A DNA stretch of 64,000 nt from Vicinamibacterales bacterium (GCA_965197865.1 CBDANZ010000005.1:631237-695236); one strand, 5' to 3'. Counted from the first letter of the stretch, positions 41,646 through 52,148 are shown. The notes: generated by a model not told the origin, from the sequence alone. A program made the numbers and translations.

Positions 41646-41904
41646 CCTGCAACGGGAACGTCTTCCTGGGCGGGCTGCGGGAGGGCAAGGTGCCGCGCAC
41701 GGGCCAATCGGATCTGTCGCGAGCGGCCGTCGCTCTCAAGAACGCCACGACGAGCGCTGCGCCTTGCCGTGTCGTGTCCCCTGTTGGACGCAATGGCGAT
41801 ATCTTGGGGGTCGGTCGATCGAATTTTCCTTAACTTGACAATACCGTTTGAAGAGCTGAAGGCACGGGTGCCGCGACCCTGACAGGGTCACGGCCAAGCC
41901 CACA

Positions 41905-42960
41905 TCACGCTTTCGATGAATCACGTTCCTGAGGGGGGCTGAGCGTTCCGCTGACGGACGGCAGCGACTCGGCGCGGCTGGCCGACCACCGCCAGTACGC
42001 CGCCACCAGGCTCCCGATGAGTGAATGAAACAGGCTCGAGATCGCGCTGGGAATGGCCACCAGCGGATCGACGAAGTTCTGGCGCGCGAGCACGACGCCC
42101 AGCCCGGAGTTCTGCATCCCGACCTCAATCGAGATCGTGCGCGCCGTGCGGACGTCGGCCGCCGTGAGGCGGGAGACGGCGTAGCCAAACAGGAAGCCGG
42201 CGGCGTGCAGCGACGCGATGGCCAGCACCAGTCGAGGGCCCGCCTCCAGGATCGCCTCGCGGCCCGCGCCGATGATCGAGGCGACGATCAGCGTGATCAT
42301 CACCACAGCGGCGAGAGGTGCGACCGGCAGGATGACCCGCGTCACGCGGGGAGCCCAGCGCTTGAGCAGCGCCCCTCCTAGGAGCGGAAGCACCACCACC
42401 TGCACGGTGCTGAGGAACAGCCCGGCCGCCGGCACGTCGATGCGGCTCCCCGCCAGCCCCGCCGTCAGCGTGGGCGTCATCAGCACGGCCAGGAACGTCG
42501 ACGCCGCCGTCATTGCGACCGACAGAGCCAGGTTGGCGCGGGCGAGAAACGTGATCACGTTCGAGGCCGTTCCCCCAGGGCAGCACGAGACGAGGATCAG
42601 TCCGACGGCAAACGGGGTCGGAAGTCGATAGAGCGCAGCAAGCACCCACCCAAGCAATGGCATCACCGAGTACTGCAGCACGACGCCCGCGCTCAGCCAC
42701 CGGCCCCGCACGACCACGCCACGCACATCGTCAAGGCTGAGCGTCAGCCCCATGCCCAGCATGATGACCGCCAGCCCGAAAGGAATGAGAGGTCCGGTGA
42801 ACCAGGTGAACAGGCCCGGACGCCACAGCGCCGCGACGCTGGCGGCCAGCACCCATAGCGGAAACGCGTTCGTCAGGCCCGCGATCACGGCGCGGCCACT
42901 CCAAAGGCCACGTCGACAGTCATGAGGCGGATCGGGGTCCCGGTTTCTTTGACTTGGCAC
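41905..42960 (-). CDS. Bile acid:sodium symporter (BASS/PanS-like) family transporter; true start probably near 42888
   Basis: IMLGMGLTL, CCPGGTASNVIT, TISIEVGMQNSGL. Confidence 0.9.
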   Translation of the reverse strand: MPSQRNRDPDPPHDCRRGLWSGRAVIAGLTNAFPLWVLAASVAALWRPGLFTWFTGPLIPFGLAVIMLGMGLTLSLDDVRGVVVRGRWLSAGVVLQYSVMPLLGWVLAALYRLPTPFAVGLILVSCCPGGTASNVITFLARANLALSVAMTAASTFLAVLMTPTLTAGLAGSRIDVPAAGLFLSTVQVVVLPLLGGALLKRWAPRVTRVILPVAPLAAVVMITLIVASIIGAGREAILEAGPRLVLAIASLHAAGFLFGYAVSRLTAADVRTARTISIEVGMQNSGLGVVLARQNFVDPLVAIPSAISSLFHSLIGSLVAAYWRWSASRAESLPSVSGTLSPPQERDSSKA

Positions 42961-43384
42961 GGCGGCTCGGATACGACACGTCCGACATCGTGATGTCTTG
43001 GATCGAGGAAGTGAAACGCGTGTTCGCGGTGCGGGGCGGCCAAGTGTCGCATGTTCCCCGCGCAGGCCGAGGCCAAAGAGCGCGGCCCTTTACCCAATGG
43101 AGAACGGTGGCGTTCCAAACAGCGGACGGTCAATCGCTTCCTCCGCATGATCCGCAACATCGATGACGACGGCGGTCAGAAACTTGAGCAGTCTGGCTAG
43201 GGTGCTAGTTCGAGGACGAGCTGTGCATGCGCGATCACGCCAACGAATCAAGCTATCGAACGGCCAGCGGCCAGAACAGCTAGCTATTCGTCGGTGAACT
43301 ATAAGGTGAACGGCAATGCGACCTCGAACATGAAGCACTTTCAGCATATCAATCGGGAAGGTCGCAGTGAAGATCTCCGGACGG

Positions 43385-43711
43385 TTATGAGACAGAAGGG
43401 CTGTCCGAGTGGATCATGCTGATGGCCGCCCCGAGCGCCCATATCAGGAATCCGATGATCCCGATGAAGGTGAGGATCCCCAAGAAGCTCTCCTCGTCTC
43501 CGGTCACCGGCCACAACGTGCCTATCGCGACCAGAAGAGCGACCAGCAACCCGAGCGAGCCGAGCCATTTGGCCATGACCCCACTCTGGAGCACCATCAC
43601 CGAAGCTCCGAGCAGGAATACCGCGGCGCTCCACTGGAGGACTGTTCCGATCATGACCACTTCAAGGGCGGCCAGGGTCTTTACGGTTTCATTAGATGCC
43701 GCTGAGAGCAT
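43385..43711 (-). pseudogene. C-terminal three TM helices of a membrane protein (DUF4386-like)
   Basis: Hydrophobic helices and a MAKWLGSLG motif; N-terminus abuts the truncated ada back-to-back. Confidence 0.4.
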
Positions 43712-44453
43712 GTGTTCTTGGGCGAGGACCGCCCAGAACCCTTTTCATCGCACTTTCAAGGCGGTGACGGGTGTGACGCCGTGTGCCTATGCGTCCGCCC
43801 ATCGTGCGGAACGCGTGCGCGAGGCGCTCACGAAAAGCGCAAGTGTGACCGAGGCGATCTACGACGCCGGGTTCAACTCAAATGGGCGCTTCTATGCGGC
43901 GGCGCCCGGGTTGCTGGGCATGCAGCCCACGAAGTTCCGCTCCGGTGGTAAGGGCGAAGTGATCCGATTCGCTGTTGGCGAATGCTCATTGGGCTCGTTT
44001 CTCGTAGCCGCGACCGACATAGGCGTCTGCGTGATCTTACTAGGTGACGAGCCTGATGCGCTCATCACGGATCTTCAGGATCGCTTTCCCGGAGCCGAAT
44101 TGATCGGTGGAGACGAGCAGTTCGAACGGCTCGTTTTCACCGTGGTGGCCTTTATTGAGAAGCCGCGTGTCGATGTGCGACTGCTGCTGGACGTGCGGGG
44201 TACGGCGTTTCAGCAAAGAGTGTGGAAGGCGCTGCGACAGATCCCAAGTGGTACGACGGTAAGCTATGCGGAGCTTGCCAAGCGCATTGGTGCTCAGAAG
44301 GCTGTACGCGCGGTAGCACAAGCCTGCGCGTCCAACACCATCGCGGTCGCGATCCCATGTCACCGCGTCGTCCGAAGCGACGGAGCTCTTTCCGGGTACC
44401 GATGGGGCGTCGAGCGGAAACGTGCCCTTCTCAAACGGGAGGGCGCGTCGTGA
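43710..44453 (+). pseudogene. ada: 5'-truncated Ada (AraC HTH plus methyltransferase), lacking the N-terminal Zn/phosphotriester domain
   Basis: FHRTFKAVTGVTP, AIYDAGFNSNGRFY, GTAFQQRVWKAL, AIPCHRVV; codon usage more AT-rich than the flanks. Confidence 0.8.
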
Positions 44454-44796
44454 CCGCTGCTGCGCGGTCATCGGGAAGGAGCTTCGGCCTGACACTTGCT
44501 GTGCGCGCAACGCTGACCGAGGAGGTCAGTAGCGCAAGAATCTCCAGTTACTCACAATGCTAGATCAAGCCATAAGAGATCAAAGCAGAGGACTCCAAGG
44601 AGTCTGTATCGCCGGTCGGGTCACCATTCACGAAACCAGATCGGTTCGAACCTCAGACTGTAGTGTTTCGCGTGGCGAAAGGCTCTAAGCTGAGTGACGT
44701 GCTCGTACGGCGACCTGTCTAGAATCAGTGAGGTCCGGCGTGTCTAGAGGCGGTGCTCAGATCTGCAGATATTGACTTGACGCTTCCGCACCGCTT

Positions 44797-45021
44797 GTGC
44801 GATTGGTTGAACAAGGCGTGGCCCTGTCGCAGGTGCGTGATCTCCTGGGCCATGCCTCGATCACGACGACCGAGCGCTACGATAACCAGACGTTCGCAGC
44901 ACTGAAAGCGACGGCGGAGCGACTGGAATCTGGCAAGTCTTTCACAATTCCTTCACAATCCGGGGCCGCAACGAGGAACGTCGCGCTGTTCTCCGAGTGG
45001 AAGAAACGCGCAAATGGTTAA
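44797..45021 (+). pseudogene. Tyrosine recombinase/integrase C-terminal remnant
   Basis: GVALSQVRDLLGHASITTTERY (His and catalytic Tyr); ends next to the tRNA-Gln 3' end. Confidence 0.8.
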
Positions 45022-45042
45022 AGAAGCGGGGTGTTAAGGATT

Positions 45043-45116
45043 TGGCTGGGAGGCAGGGATTCGAACCCCGATACCGTGGTCCAGAGCCACGTGTCCTACC
45101 GTTGGACGACCTCCCA
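45043..45116 (-). tRNA. tRNA-Gln (anticodon CTG)
   Basis: TGGGAGGTCGTCCAACGGTAGGACACGTGGCTCTGGACCACGGTATCGGGGTTCGAATCCCTGCCTCCCAGCCA; full cloverleaf, encoded CCA. Confidence 0.96.
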
Positions 45117-45208
45117 GTACCAGCCCGGCGCCAGGCGAAGGGCAAGAACTTTCGATTATAGCCGCGCGAAAGTCTGAGCGACAAGCGCGCCGCGCTGACA
45201 GCGGCGAC

Positions 45209-46675
45209 TCAACCGCACGAGCGGGCAATCAGTCGGAGCGTGGCCGCGAGCCGCGACAACGTACGGTCGCGGCCAAGCAAGGCGATCGTCTCGAAGAGGC
45301 CCGGACCGGCCGTCTTTCCGGTGATCGCCACACGGACGCCGTGGACAAGCGTCGCCGCCTTCGCGCCTCGAGCGCCGGCGACCCTGCGGAGGGCCGCCTC
45401 CGTTGACACCACGTCCCAGGCGGTCAGCTCGGCGAACTCGGCATCAACGGCGCGCAGATGCTTGTCCATCCCCTCGCTCAACAGATGCTTCGCGACGGCA
45501 GTTTCGTCGTAGTCCACCGAATCTACGAAAAAGAACCGGCCGATTGAGGCGAACTCGTCGAGCCTTTTCGCACGCGGCTTCAGCAGCTCCAGGACGGCAA
45601 AAAACCACGCGCAGTCAACGCCGAAGTACGACTCGTCCCAGATGCCGGCGGCCTCGAACGACGGACGCAGCCGGCGCGCGAGCTCGGCCACCGGCAGCCG
45701 GAAGATGTGCTGCTGGTTGAACCAGTCGAGCTTTTCAGGATTGAAGACCGCATTGCCACCGTTGATTCTGCGGAGATCGAACGCCGCCATGAGCTCGTTG
45801 CGTGTGAAGAGCTCCTGATCGTCCGCGCCTGGCGACCAGCCCAATAGCGCCAGAAAGTTGACCACCGCCTCGGGGAGATACCCCTGCCGCGCGTACTCCA
45901 TGACGGAGGTCGCGCCATGCCGTTTGCTCAACCGCTTCTTGTCGGCGCCGAGAATGAGCGGCACATGCGCAAACTCGGGGACCGGCGCACCGATCGCCCG
46001 ATACAGGAGAAGCTGCTTCGGAGTGTTCGAGATGTGATCGTCCCCGCGCACTACATGCGTAATCTTCATCTCCACATCGTCGGACACAACCGACAACTGG
46101 TAGGTCGGGTGGCCATCCGACCGCAGGATGACGAAGTCCTCGATGTGGGCGTCGTCGAACTCGATTCTGCCGTGCACGAGGTCGTCGAACGCCGTGATCC
46201 CGTCTGGCACACGAAAGCGGACCGCACGCGGCACGTGGTCCCGCTCACGTGCCGCCGTCTGGTCGGCTGTCAGATGGCGGCAGGTCCGGTCGTACCGCCA
46301 GCCGCCGTCTTCGTGCTTCGCCGTCTCGCGCCTGGTTTTTAACTCCTCCGGCGTGCAGTAGCAGTAGTAGGCGCGCCCGCTTGTGACAAGCTGTTCGGCC
46401 ACCGCGCGATGTCGATCGAAACAGTGAGATTGAAAATACGGGCCCAGAGGTCCACCGACGATCGGGCCTTCATCCCAATCAAGTCCCAGCCACCGCAGTC
46501 CATCGAGAATGCCTTCGACCATGTCGGTCGAGGACCGTTCGACGTCGGTGTCCTCGATGCGCAGAATGAAGACGCCACCCTGCCTGCGCGCGAAGAGGCA
46601 GTTGAAGAGCGCCGTGCGCGCGCCGCCAATGTGCAGGTAGCCGGTGGGGGACGGCGCGAAACGCACACGGACCAT
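45209..46675 (-). CDS. gltX: Glutamate--tRNA ligase
   Basis: RFAPSPTGYLHIGG, RIEDTD, VVRGDDHISNT, RLSKRHG. Confidence 0.97.
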   Translation of the reverse strand: MVRVRFAPSPTGYLHIGGARTALFNCLFARRQGGVFILRIEDTDVERSSTDMVEGILDGLRWLGLDWDEGPIVGGPLGPYFQSHCFDRHRAVAEQLVTSGRAYYCYCTPEELKTRRETAKHEDGGWRYDRTCRHLTADQTAARERDHVPRAVRFRVPDGITAFDDLVHGRIEFDDAHIEDFVILRSDGHPTYQLSVVSDDVEMKITHVVRGDDHISNTPKQLLLYRAIGAPVPEFAHVPLILGADKKRLSKRHGATSVMEYARQGYLPEAVVNFLALLGWSPGADDQELFTRNELMAAFDLRRINGGNAVFNPEKLDWFNQQHIFRLPVAELARRLRPSFEAAGIWDESYFGVDCAWFFAVLELLKPRAKRLDEFASIGRFFFVDSVDYDETAVAKHLLSEGMDKHLRAVDAEFAELTAWDVVSTEAALRRVAGARGAKAATLVHGVRVAITGKTAGPGLFETIALLGRDRTLSRLAATLRLIARSCG

Positions 46676-47158
46676 TCGAACATTCTAAGGGCTCTCCAGC
46701 TTACGGCTTCGGGCATCCTTACTTACCCTTTGCTGAGACCCGCCCAAACGCAGGCTCAAGCTGCCCTAGGTTCCCGGCTAGGCGCCTCGGGCCGAGATTC
46801 GCATGCGCGAAGCCTCGGCACGGCTGCCTCGGAGCCGACCGAGGTATGGAACATGTTCGACGACAAGAACCTGTAACATTTTCGCGCCGTGCTGGGACAG
46901 GCAACCCGAACGCGAGGTGGCGACCGAGTTGCGCCGCGATCACATCAACATTTCTTAAAGCGATAGTTTCACGGTCGTGTTCGATACGTTCCATGATCTC
47001 CGCAACGGGTTTTTCTTTCAGACCAATCCGTTTGGGCCGGGGAGGCGGATCTGCGCGAAGGCGTGGAGCGCCTGAACGGGGCGACCGGGACAATGTCCTG
47101 GGGCAATCGCCCGAACGCACGCGCGGATGCCACTCGGTAATCCGCGTCAGTCATCGAT

Positions 47159-47193
47159 GCCGGGGTGGCGGAACTGGCAGACGCACAGGACTT
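47159..47193 (+). repeat. 35-bp exact copy of the 5' half of tRNA-Leu (att-like direct repeat)
   Basis: GCCGGGGTGGCGGAACTGGCAGACGCACAGGACTT is identical to 57966-58000 and ends in the anticodon loop. Confidence 0.9.
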
Positions 47194-47633
47194 GAGAAAC
47201 TGTCCCGCCTTTCTCGGATCCGCCGAAAACTGAACAATCGGAATACATCGACCTTCTTTCTACAACGCGTAGAGTTACGAGCGTCTAGCTAGGCCGGCGG
47301 TCGACACGCGCACGCTGGCGCTTGAGTTCGCCGAGGCGGAGCGGCAGGCGCTCCAGCGGGAGGCGTGGACGGGACAGGCCTGAGCATCCGCTTGTGAGAC
47401 TTCGTGAAATCATGCGTGGAGCCGCAGTCATGAGCGCTCGAAGATCCTTCCAGACTCGTCGGGCATTACGGCACAGACGGCCAGTCAGCTCATGCTATCG
47501 GTAGGCCGCACTAGGGGCCGGCCGGAAGACGTGGCACCGTCGCGCGTTCGCACAGCGGTGCGGCAAACCGGCCACGGAATGTGTCGCGAGGCACCCGAAC
47601 CGCGCGCAACACGCGATAGGTCCGACGGCCTCA

Positions 47634-47886
47634 TCAGTGCCGGCGATCTGGCCGGTCTTCGATCCGATCGCGGAGGCCGCCGTCATGCCGACCATCTCGA
47701 CGGTCTTCACGGCGGTCGCGCACGTCCTCGCGGCGATCGCGACGATCCTCCCGGCGATCCCGAACGTCTTCGATGCGGTCCTTGCGGTCCCAATGACTCT
47801 TTGGGGTTGCCGCGAACGCCGCGGACCCTTGGAGCCAGCGCAGCTACCACGAGGGCTGCGAACAGAAACCTTACGGCTTTACTCAT
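47634..47886 (-). pseudogene. Small secreted Asp/Arg/Glu heptad-repeat protein (DRREDVR repeats) with a +1 frameshift
   Basis: MSKAVRFLFAALVVAALAP, then after one extra base GSAAFAATPKSHWDRKDRIEDVRDRREDRRDRREDVRDRREDRRDGRHDGGLRDRIEDRPDRRH*; span 253 nt = 3n+1. Confidence 0.7.
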
Positions 47887-48294
47887 GACGTTCGTCTCCA
47901 GGAGGATACTGATCCGGTTAGACTTCCATGGCCCGCAGAAGGCTTAGTGGCCCTGGCTATTGTGAAAAGGCGAGACGGACAGAAAATTCGTCGAAAATCG
48001 CGTGGCGGCTGTGGGCCTGGTAATGACGGAACGTGATCGCGAGTTGTTGGTTGAACTGCCAGGGTATGCGAGGTGGAACCACGCCCTGGTGGAATTGGCA
48101 GGCGAAGCGGCGAGGCTGAGCCGGTTGGCAACAGCGTACGATCTTGCAATGGCGCATTACTGGTTCGACCCGCGTCCAAGTTCCATGTTCAGAGCGTTTC
48201 CTTCACCGTGGTGGATGCGTCGATGCAGGCGGCCGAGGGCCCGGCTCGCTTGCGACGTTCTGAATCAGATGACCGACTTTGGCAGGCCAGTGTC

Positions 48295-48415
48295 GTACGG
48301 CATCGGTCGGTCCCCCCTGGAAGCCTGCCGCGCTCCCCAAACTCGAGTAGCGCAGATACCAAGTGCAGTCCGCGGGTCGAAACACAGCTAGGTCAGTCTT
48401 GCCAGCGCCGTCATA
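48295..48415 (-). pseudogene. FG-GAP/VCBS repeat fragment
   Basis: YDGAGKTDLAVFRPADCTWYLRYSS resembles the DYDGDGKTD.AV.RP...W repeat. Confidence 0.55.
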
Positions 48416-48504
48416 ATGGCAGACACGGGTGTTCCAGCCCGCCCCCATTGGAAGCCTACTGCGGTCCCCGTGCTGGAGTACCGGAGATACCAGCTCAAGT
48501 GAGA

Positions 48505-51500
48505 ATGACACTTAGAAGCGCGTGTAGGGCTGTTGTCGCGGTTCTGATGGTGGTGTCGACGGCGCTGGCGCAGCCCCGCTGGACGGACACGTTCGCCGTC
48601 AGTCCGTTCTCGAATATTACCGGGGCCGCCGAGGACGACTGGATGGGCGCCGGCATCGCCGAGACAATTGCCGCCGACCTGACGTCAATCAGTCAGGTGC
48701 CCGTGGTGCAGATCCCGTTGGCGAACGCCGCCGTGGGCGCCCGGTGGATGGTGACCGGCGGGTATCAGCGCGTCGGATCCCGCCTGCGCATCACGGCGCG
48801 GATCACGGACGTCTCCACCAACACCATCGTCCATTCGGCGCAAGTGAACGGCGATGTGGCCGAGCTCTTTGCTCTGCAGGACCAGCTCGCCGCCGAGTTA
48901 CGGACGGGACTACCCAGGGACACGATCGCCGTCAGTCCGTTCTCGAATATTACCGGGGCCGCCGAGGACGACTGGATGGGCGCCGGCATCGCCGAGACAA
49001 TTGCCGCCGACCTGACGTCGATCAGCCAGGTGCTCGTGGTGCAGAGCCCGTCGGCGAACGCCGCCGTGCGCACCCGGTGGATGGTGACCGGCGGGTATCA
49101 GCGCGTCGGATCCCGCCTGCGCATCACGGCGCGGATCACGGACGTCTCCACCAACACCATCGTCCATTCGGCGCAAGTGGACGGCGATGTGGCCGAGCTC
49201 TTTGCTTTGCAGGACCAGCTCGCCGCCGAGTTACGGACGGGACTACCCGGCGGCGCCGGTACGGACGCCCGGCTCGGCCCACCACCCGCCGACCCCGCGG
49301 ATGCGCCAATTGCCGCAGCCTCGCTTCCAACCGCACCGCCCTCTGGTGGCGCGGCCCGGGGCAGTTTCGCCTCGATGCCAACGAGCATCATCGATGGTCC
49401 CGCGGCGCCGGAGGCCCCGGCCACGCTGACCCGCGACGCCGTCGGTCGCGTCACGGTCCGGGCCGTCCGGCTCGAGGCGCCGCTCGAACTGGACGGGTCG
49501 CTGAACGAAGCCTTCTATGCCACCGTGCCCCCGCTGGATGGATTCATCCAGCAGCTCCCCGACGAGGGCGAACCCACCACCGAAGGGACCGAAGCGTGGG
49601 TTCTCTACGACGCGCAGAACATCTACGTGTCAGCCCGACTCTGGGACACGGCACCGGAGTCCGAGTGGGTCGCCAACGAGATGCAACGCGACTCGCGCCA
49701 GCTCATCAACAACGAGAGGTTCCTCGTCTCGCTCGACACCTTCTACGACCGCCGGAACGGATACGCGTTCCAGGTGAACCCGATCGGCGGGTTTTTCGAC
49801 TTTCAAATCACCGACGAAGGTGATCCCAATATGGACTGGAACCCGATCTGGGACGTGCGAACCGGCCGTTTCGAGGGCGGCTGGACGGTCGAGATGCAAA
49901 TTCCGTTCAAGTCGTTGCGCTATCGGCCAGGCAGCGCCCAGATCTGGGGACTGCAGCTCGGGCGACACATTTACCATAAGAACGAAACGATCTTCCTGAC
50001 CCCGGTGCCGATCTCCGGAGGTCCTGGCGAGTTCCGACTGTCCGCCGCGGGTACCGTCACCGGCATCAACGTGCCCGATGGCAACCGGACGTTCGAGATC
50101 AAGCCCTACGCGATCGGCTCGAGCGCAACCGACCTCAATGCGGACCCACAGATCAGGAACAACGGCGACGGCGACTTCGGCGTCGACGTCAAGTACGGCC
50201 TGACGCAGAATCTCACCGCTGACTTCACCTATAACACCGACTTCGCGCAGGTTGAGGTGGACGAGCAGCAGGTCAACCTGACCCGCTTCAGCCTGTTTTT
50301 TCCAGAGAAGCGTGAGTTCTTTCTGGAAGGGCGCGGCACCTTCGACTTTGGCCGCGGTGTCACCTTCGGCGTCGGTGGCGGACCGGGCGGCAACGGCGGC
50401 CGGCCCGGCTCCGGCGGGTTCCGCGGCGGCCGCCTCGTCCCAAGCATCTTCTTCAGCCGCCGCATCGGGCTCGAGTCTGGTGACACGGTGCCGATTCTGG
50501 GCGGTGGCCGCTTGACCGGCAAGGTAGGCGATTTCAGCGTCGGTGCCCTCAACATCCAGACCGACGATGTCGAGGACTCTGGCGTCACCGGCACGAACTT
50601 CACGGTCCTGCGGCTCAAGCGCGACGTCCTCCGGCGCAGCAGCATTGGCGGCGTCTTCACCAGCCGGTCGGTCTCGCTCGAAGGCGAAGGCTCGAACCAG
50701 GCCTTCGGCGTCGACGGCGCGTTCTCGTTCTACGACAACGTGAACTTCAACGGGTATTACGCGCGCACGCAGACCCCGGGACTGGAAGGCGAGGACGACA
50801 GCTACCAGGCGGCCTTCACGTACAATGGCGACCTGTATGCGCTGGGTGTCGACCACCTGCTCGTCGGGGACAACTTCAACCCCGAGGTCGGCTTCCTGCG
50901 ACGCACCGACTTCCGGCGCACGTTCGTGCAGGCCCGGTTCAGCCCCCGACCGTCTTCCCTGGAGCTCGTACGCCGGTTCATATGGGGCGGCAGCCTCGAC
51001 TACATCGAGACCGTCGCCGGTCAGGTTGAGACCCGGGTCGCGCGAGGAAACTTCCAAACCGAGTTTGAGAATAGCGATCGATTTAGCGCGGACGTACAGC
51101 GGAGCTACGAGTTCCTCTTTGACCCCTTCGAGATTACGGACGACGTGACCATCCCGGTCGGCGGGTACGAGTTCCAGGACTACTTCGCGTCGTATTCGAT
51201 GGGGGCCCAGCGGCGAGTGGCCGGTGCCTTCTCGGTGCAGCGTGGTGAGTTCTTCGACGGCAACATCACGACCGTCGGCTATTCGCGCGGCCGAATCGAG
51301 ATCACGCCGCAGTTCTCGTTTGAGCCCAGTGTGTCGGTCAACCGCGTCGAGTTGCCCCAGGGCAACTTCACCACGAACCTGGCGACGACCCGAGTCACCT
51401 ACACCTTCACGCCACGCATGTTCTTCGGGGGGCTGCTGCAGTACAACTCAACACGGGACACCTTCTCCACCAACTTCCGACTGCGATGGGAATATCAGCC

Positions 51501-51624
51501 TGGGAGCGAGCTGTTCGTCGTCTACAATGACCAGCGCGACACGGAGCTGGTCGGTGGTCGCGGCTTTCCGAAGCTGGAAAACCGCGCCTTCGTCGTGAAG
51601 TTCACACGCCTGTTTCGATTCTAG
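48505..51624 (+). CDS. Exported DUF5916/CBM9-like outer-membrane protein with a duplicated N-terminal TolB-N/FlgO-like domain
   Basis: Signal peptide; 2 x 111-aa domain; LDGSLNE...W, DFTYNTDFAQVEVDEQQVNLTRFSLFFPEKREFFLEG; C-terminal Phe. Confidence 0.85.
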   Translation: MTLRSACRAVVAVLMVVSTALAQPRWTDTFAVSPFSNITGAAEDDWMGAGIAETIAADLTSISQVPVVQIPLANAAVGARWMVTGGYQRVGSRLRITARITDVSTNTIVHSAQVNGDVAELFALQDQLAAELRTGLPRDTIAVSPFSNITGAAEDDWMGAGIAETIAADLTSISQVLVVQSPSANAAVRTRWMVTGGYQRVGSRLRITARITDVSTNTIVHSAQVDGDVAELFALQDQLAAELRTGLPGGAGTDARLGPPPADPADAPIAAASLPTAPPSGGAARGSFASMPTSIIDGPAAPEAPATLTRDAVGRVTVRAVRLEAPLELDGSLNEAFYATVPPLDGFIQQLPDEGEPTTEGTEAWVLYDAQNIYVSARLWDTAPESEWVANEMQRDSRQLINNERFLVSLDTFYDRRNGYAFQVNPIGGFFDFQITDEGDPNMDWNPIWDVRTGRFEGGWTVEMQIPFKSLRYRPGSAQIWGLQLGRHIYHKNETIFLTPVPISGGPGEFRLSAAGTVTGINVPDGNRTFEIKPYAIGSSATDLNADPQIRNNGDGDFGVDVKYGLTQNLTADFTYNTDFAQVEVDEQQVNLTRFSLFFPEKREFFLEGRGTFDFGRGVTFGVGGGPGGNGGRPGSGGFRGGRLVPSIFFSRRIGLESGDTVPILGGGRLTGKVGDFSVGALNIQTDDVEDSGVTGTNFTVLRLKRDVLRRSSIGGVFTSRSVSLEGEGSNQAFGVDGAFSFYDNVNFNGYYARTQTPGLEGEDDSYQAAFTYNGDLYALGVDHLLVGDNFNPEVGFLRRTDFRRTFVQARFSPRPSSLELVRRFIWGGSLDYIETVAGQVETRVARGNFQTEFENSDRFSADVQRSYEFLFDPFEITDDVTIPVGGYEFQDYFASYSMGAQRRVAGAFSVQRGEFFDGNITTVGYSRGRIEITPQFSFEPSVSVNRVELPQGNFTTNLATTRVTYTFTPRMFFGGLLQYNSTRDTFSTNFRLRWEYQPGSELFVVYNDQRDTELVGGRGFPKLENRAFVVKFTRLFRF
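48586..49248 (+). repeat. In-frame tandem duplication, period 333 bp
   Basis: 48586-48915 vs 48919-49248 differ at 10 positions by manual comparison. Confidence 0.95.
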
Positions 51625-51639
51625 ACGCGCTGCTCACTT

Positions 51640-51775
51640 GTGTTGAGCATCGGCGAGCATGTCTCCAAGAACAACGGGTCAGTGCGCTCCGTGTTGCCGC
51701 TCATGAACGCGCTGAAGCGTTCCCCGCCTTTCCAGGTGCTCATCATGTCCAAGGAATCGCGCCTCGGCCGCATGG
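51640..51775 (+). pseudogene. Large serine recombinase (resolvase domain) remnant
   Basis: LMNALKRSPPFQVLIMSKESRLGR resembles the resolvase V...SRLGR motif. Confidence 0.6.
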
Positions 51776-51924
51776 CCGGTCATGGGGCACGAATGAGAGG
51801 AGCATGGCCATGTCGAAGACGTTTCGTCACCGTCCACATCGGCCGGATAGTTCGACGAGCGCCCACCAAGGCGCGGGGGCGTGACATCCGGTGGGCGCTG
51901 AGAGAGGGGAAAACGGCGCTGGGT

Positions 51925-52050
51925 ACCACACGACACGTTCTGGTGACGGGTTCGACAGGAAACCAGGGAAGGGCGGTCATCGAGGGCCTACGGACTCGAG
52001 GCCATCGCCTCCGCGCGTTGGTCCGAGACCCAGGTGCAGGCGAGGCGTAG
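51925..52050 (+). pseudogene. NmrA-family NAD(P)-binding protein N-terminal remnant
   Basis: VLVTGSTGNQGRAVIEGLRTRGHRLRALVRDP, then a stop. Confidence 0.6.
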
Positions 52051-52148
52051 GCCGGCGGCTCGGCGCAAAGCTCGCCGCCGTGTGTGGATGTGTGATGACG
52101 GTGGCCGTGCGGCGCCGGCGTCAGCTAAGCGACCGCCGGATCTTCCGG

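Noticed and set aside
40290-44800. Distal att repeat for the tRNA-Gln island (TTCGAACC at about 40298 and 44647)
   Set aside because: Matches are only 8-9 bp and do not extend into the tRNA 3' sequence.
46745-46860. Hairpin CCGAG-TTCGC-atgc-GCGAA-CTCGG upstream of gltX as a T-box or other riboswitch
   Set aside because: No T-box AAGGTGGNACC or specifier-loop motifs; more likely a dispersed palindromic repeat.
48082-48184. tRNA-like fragment (GCCCTGGTGGAATTGGCAG..., GGTTCGACCC, about 95-nt span like tRNA-Sec)
   Set aside because: The T-stem pairs poorly, no anticodon arm forms and there is no UCA anticodon; likely chance or a very decayed relic.
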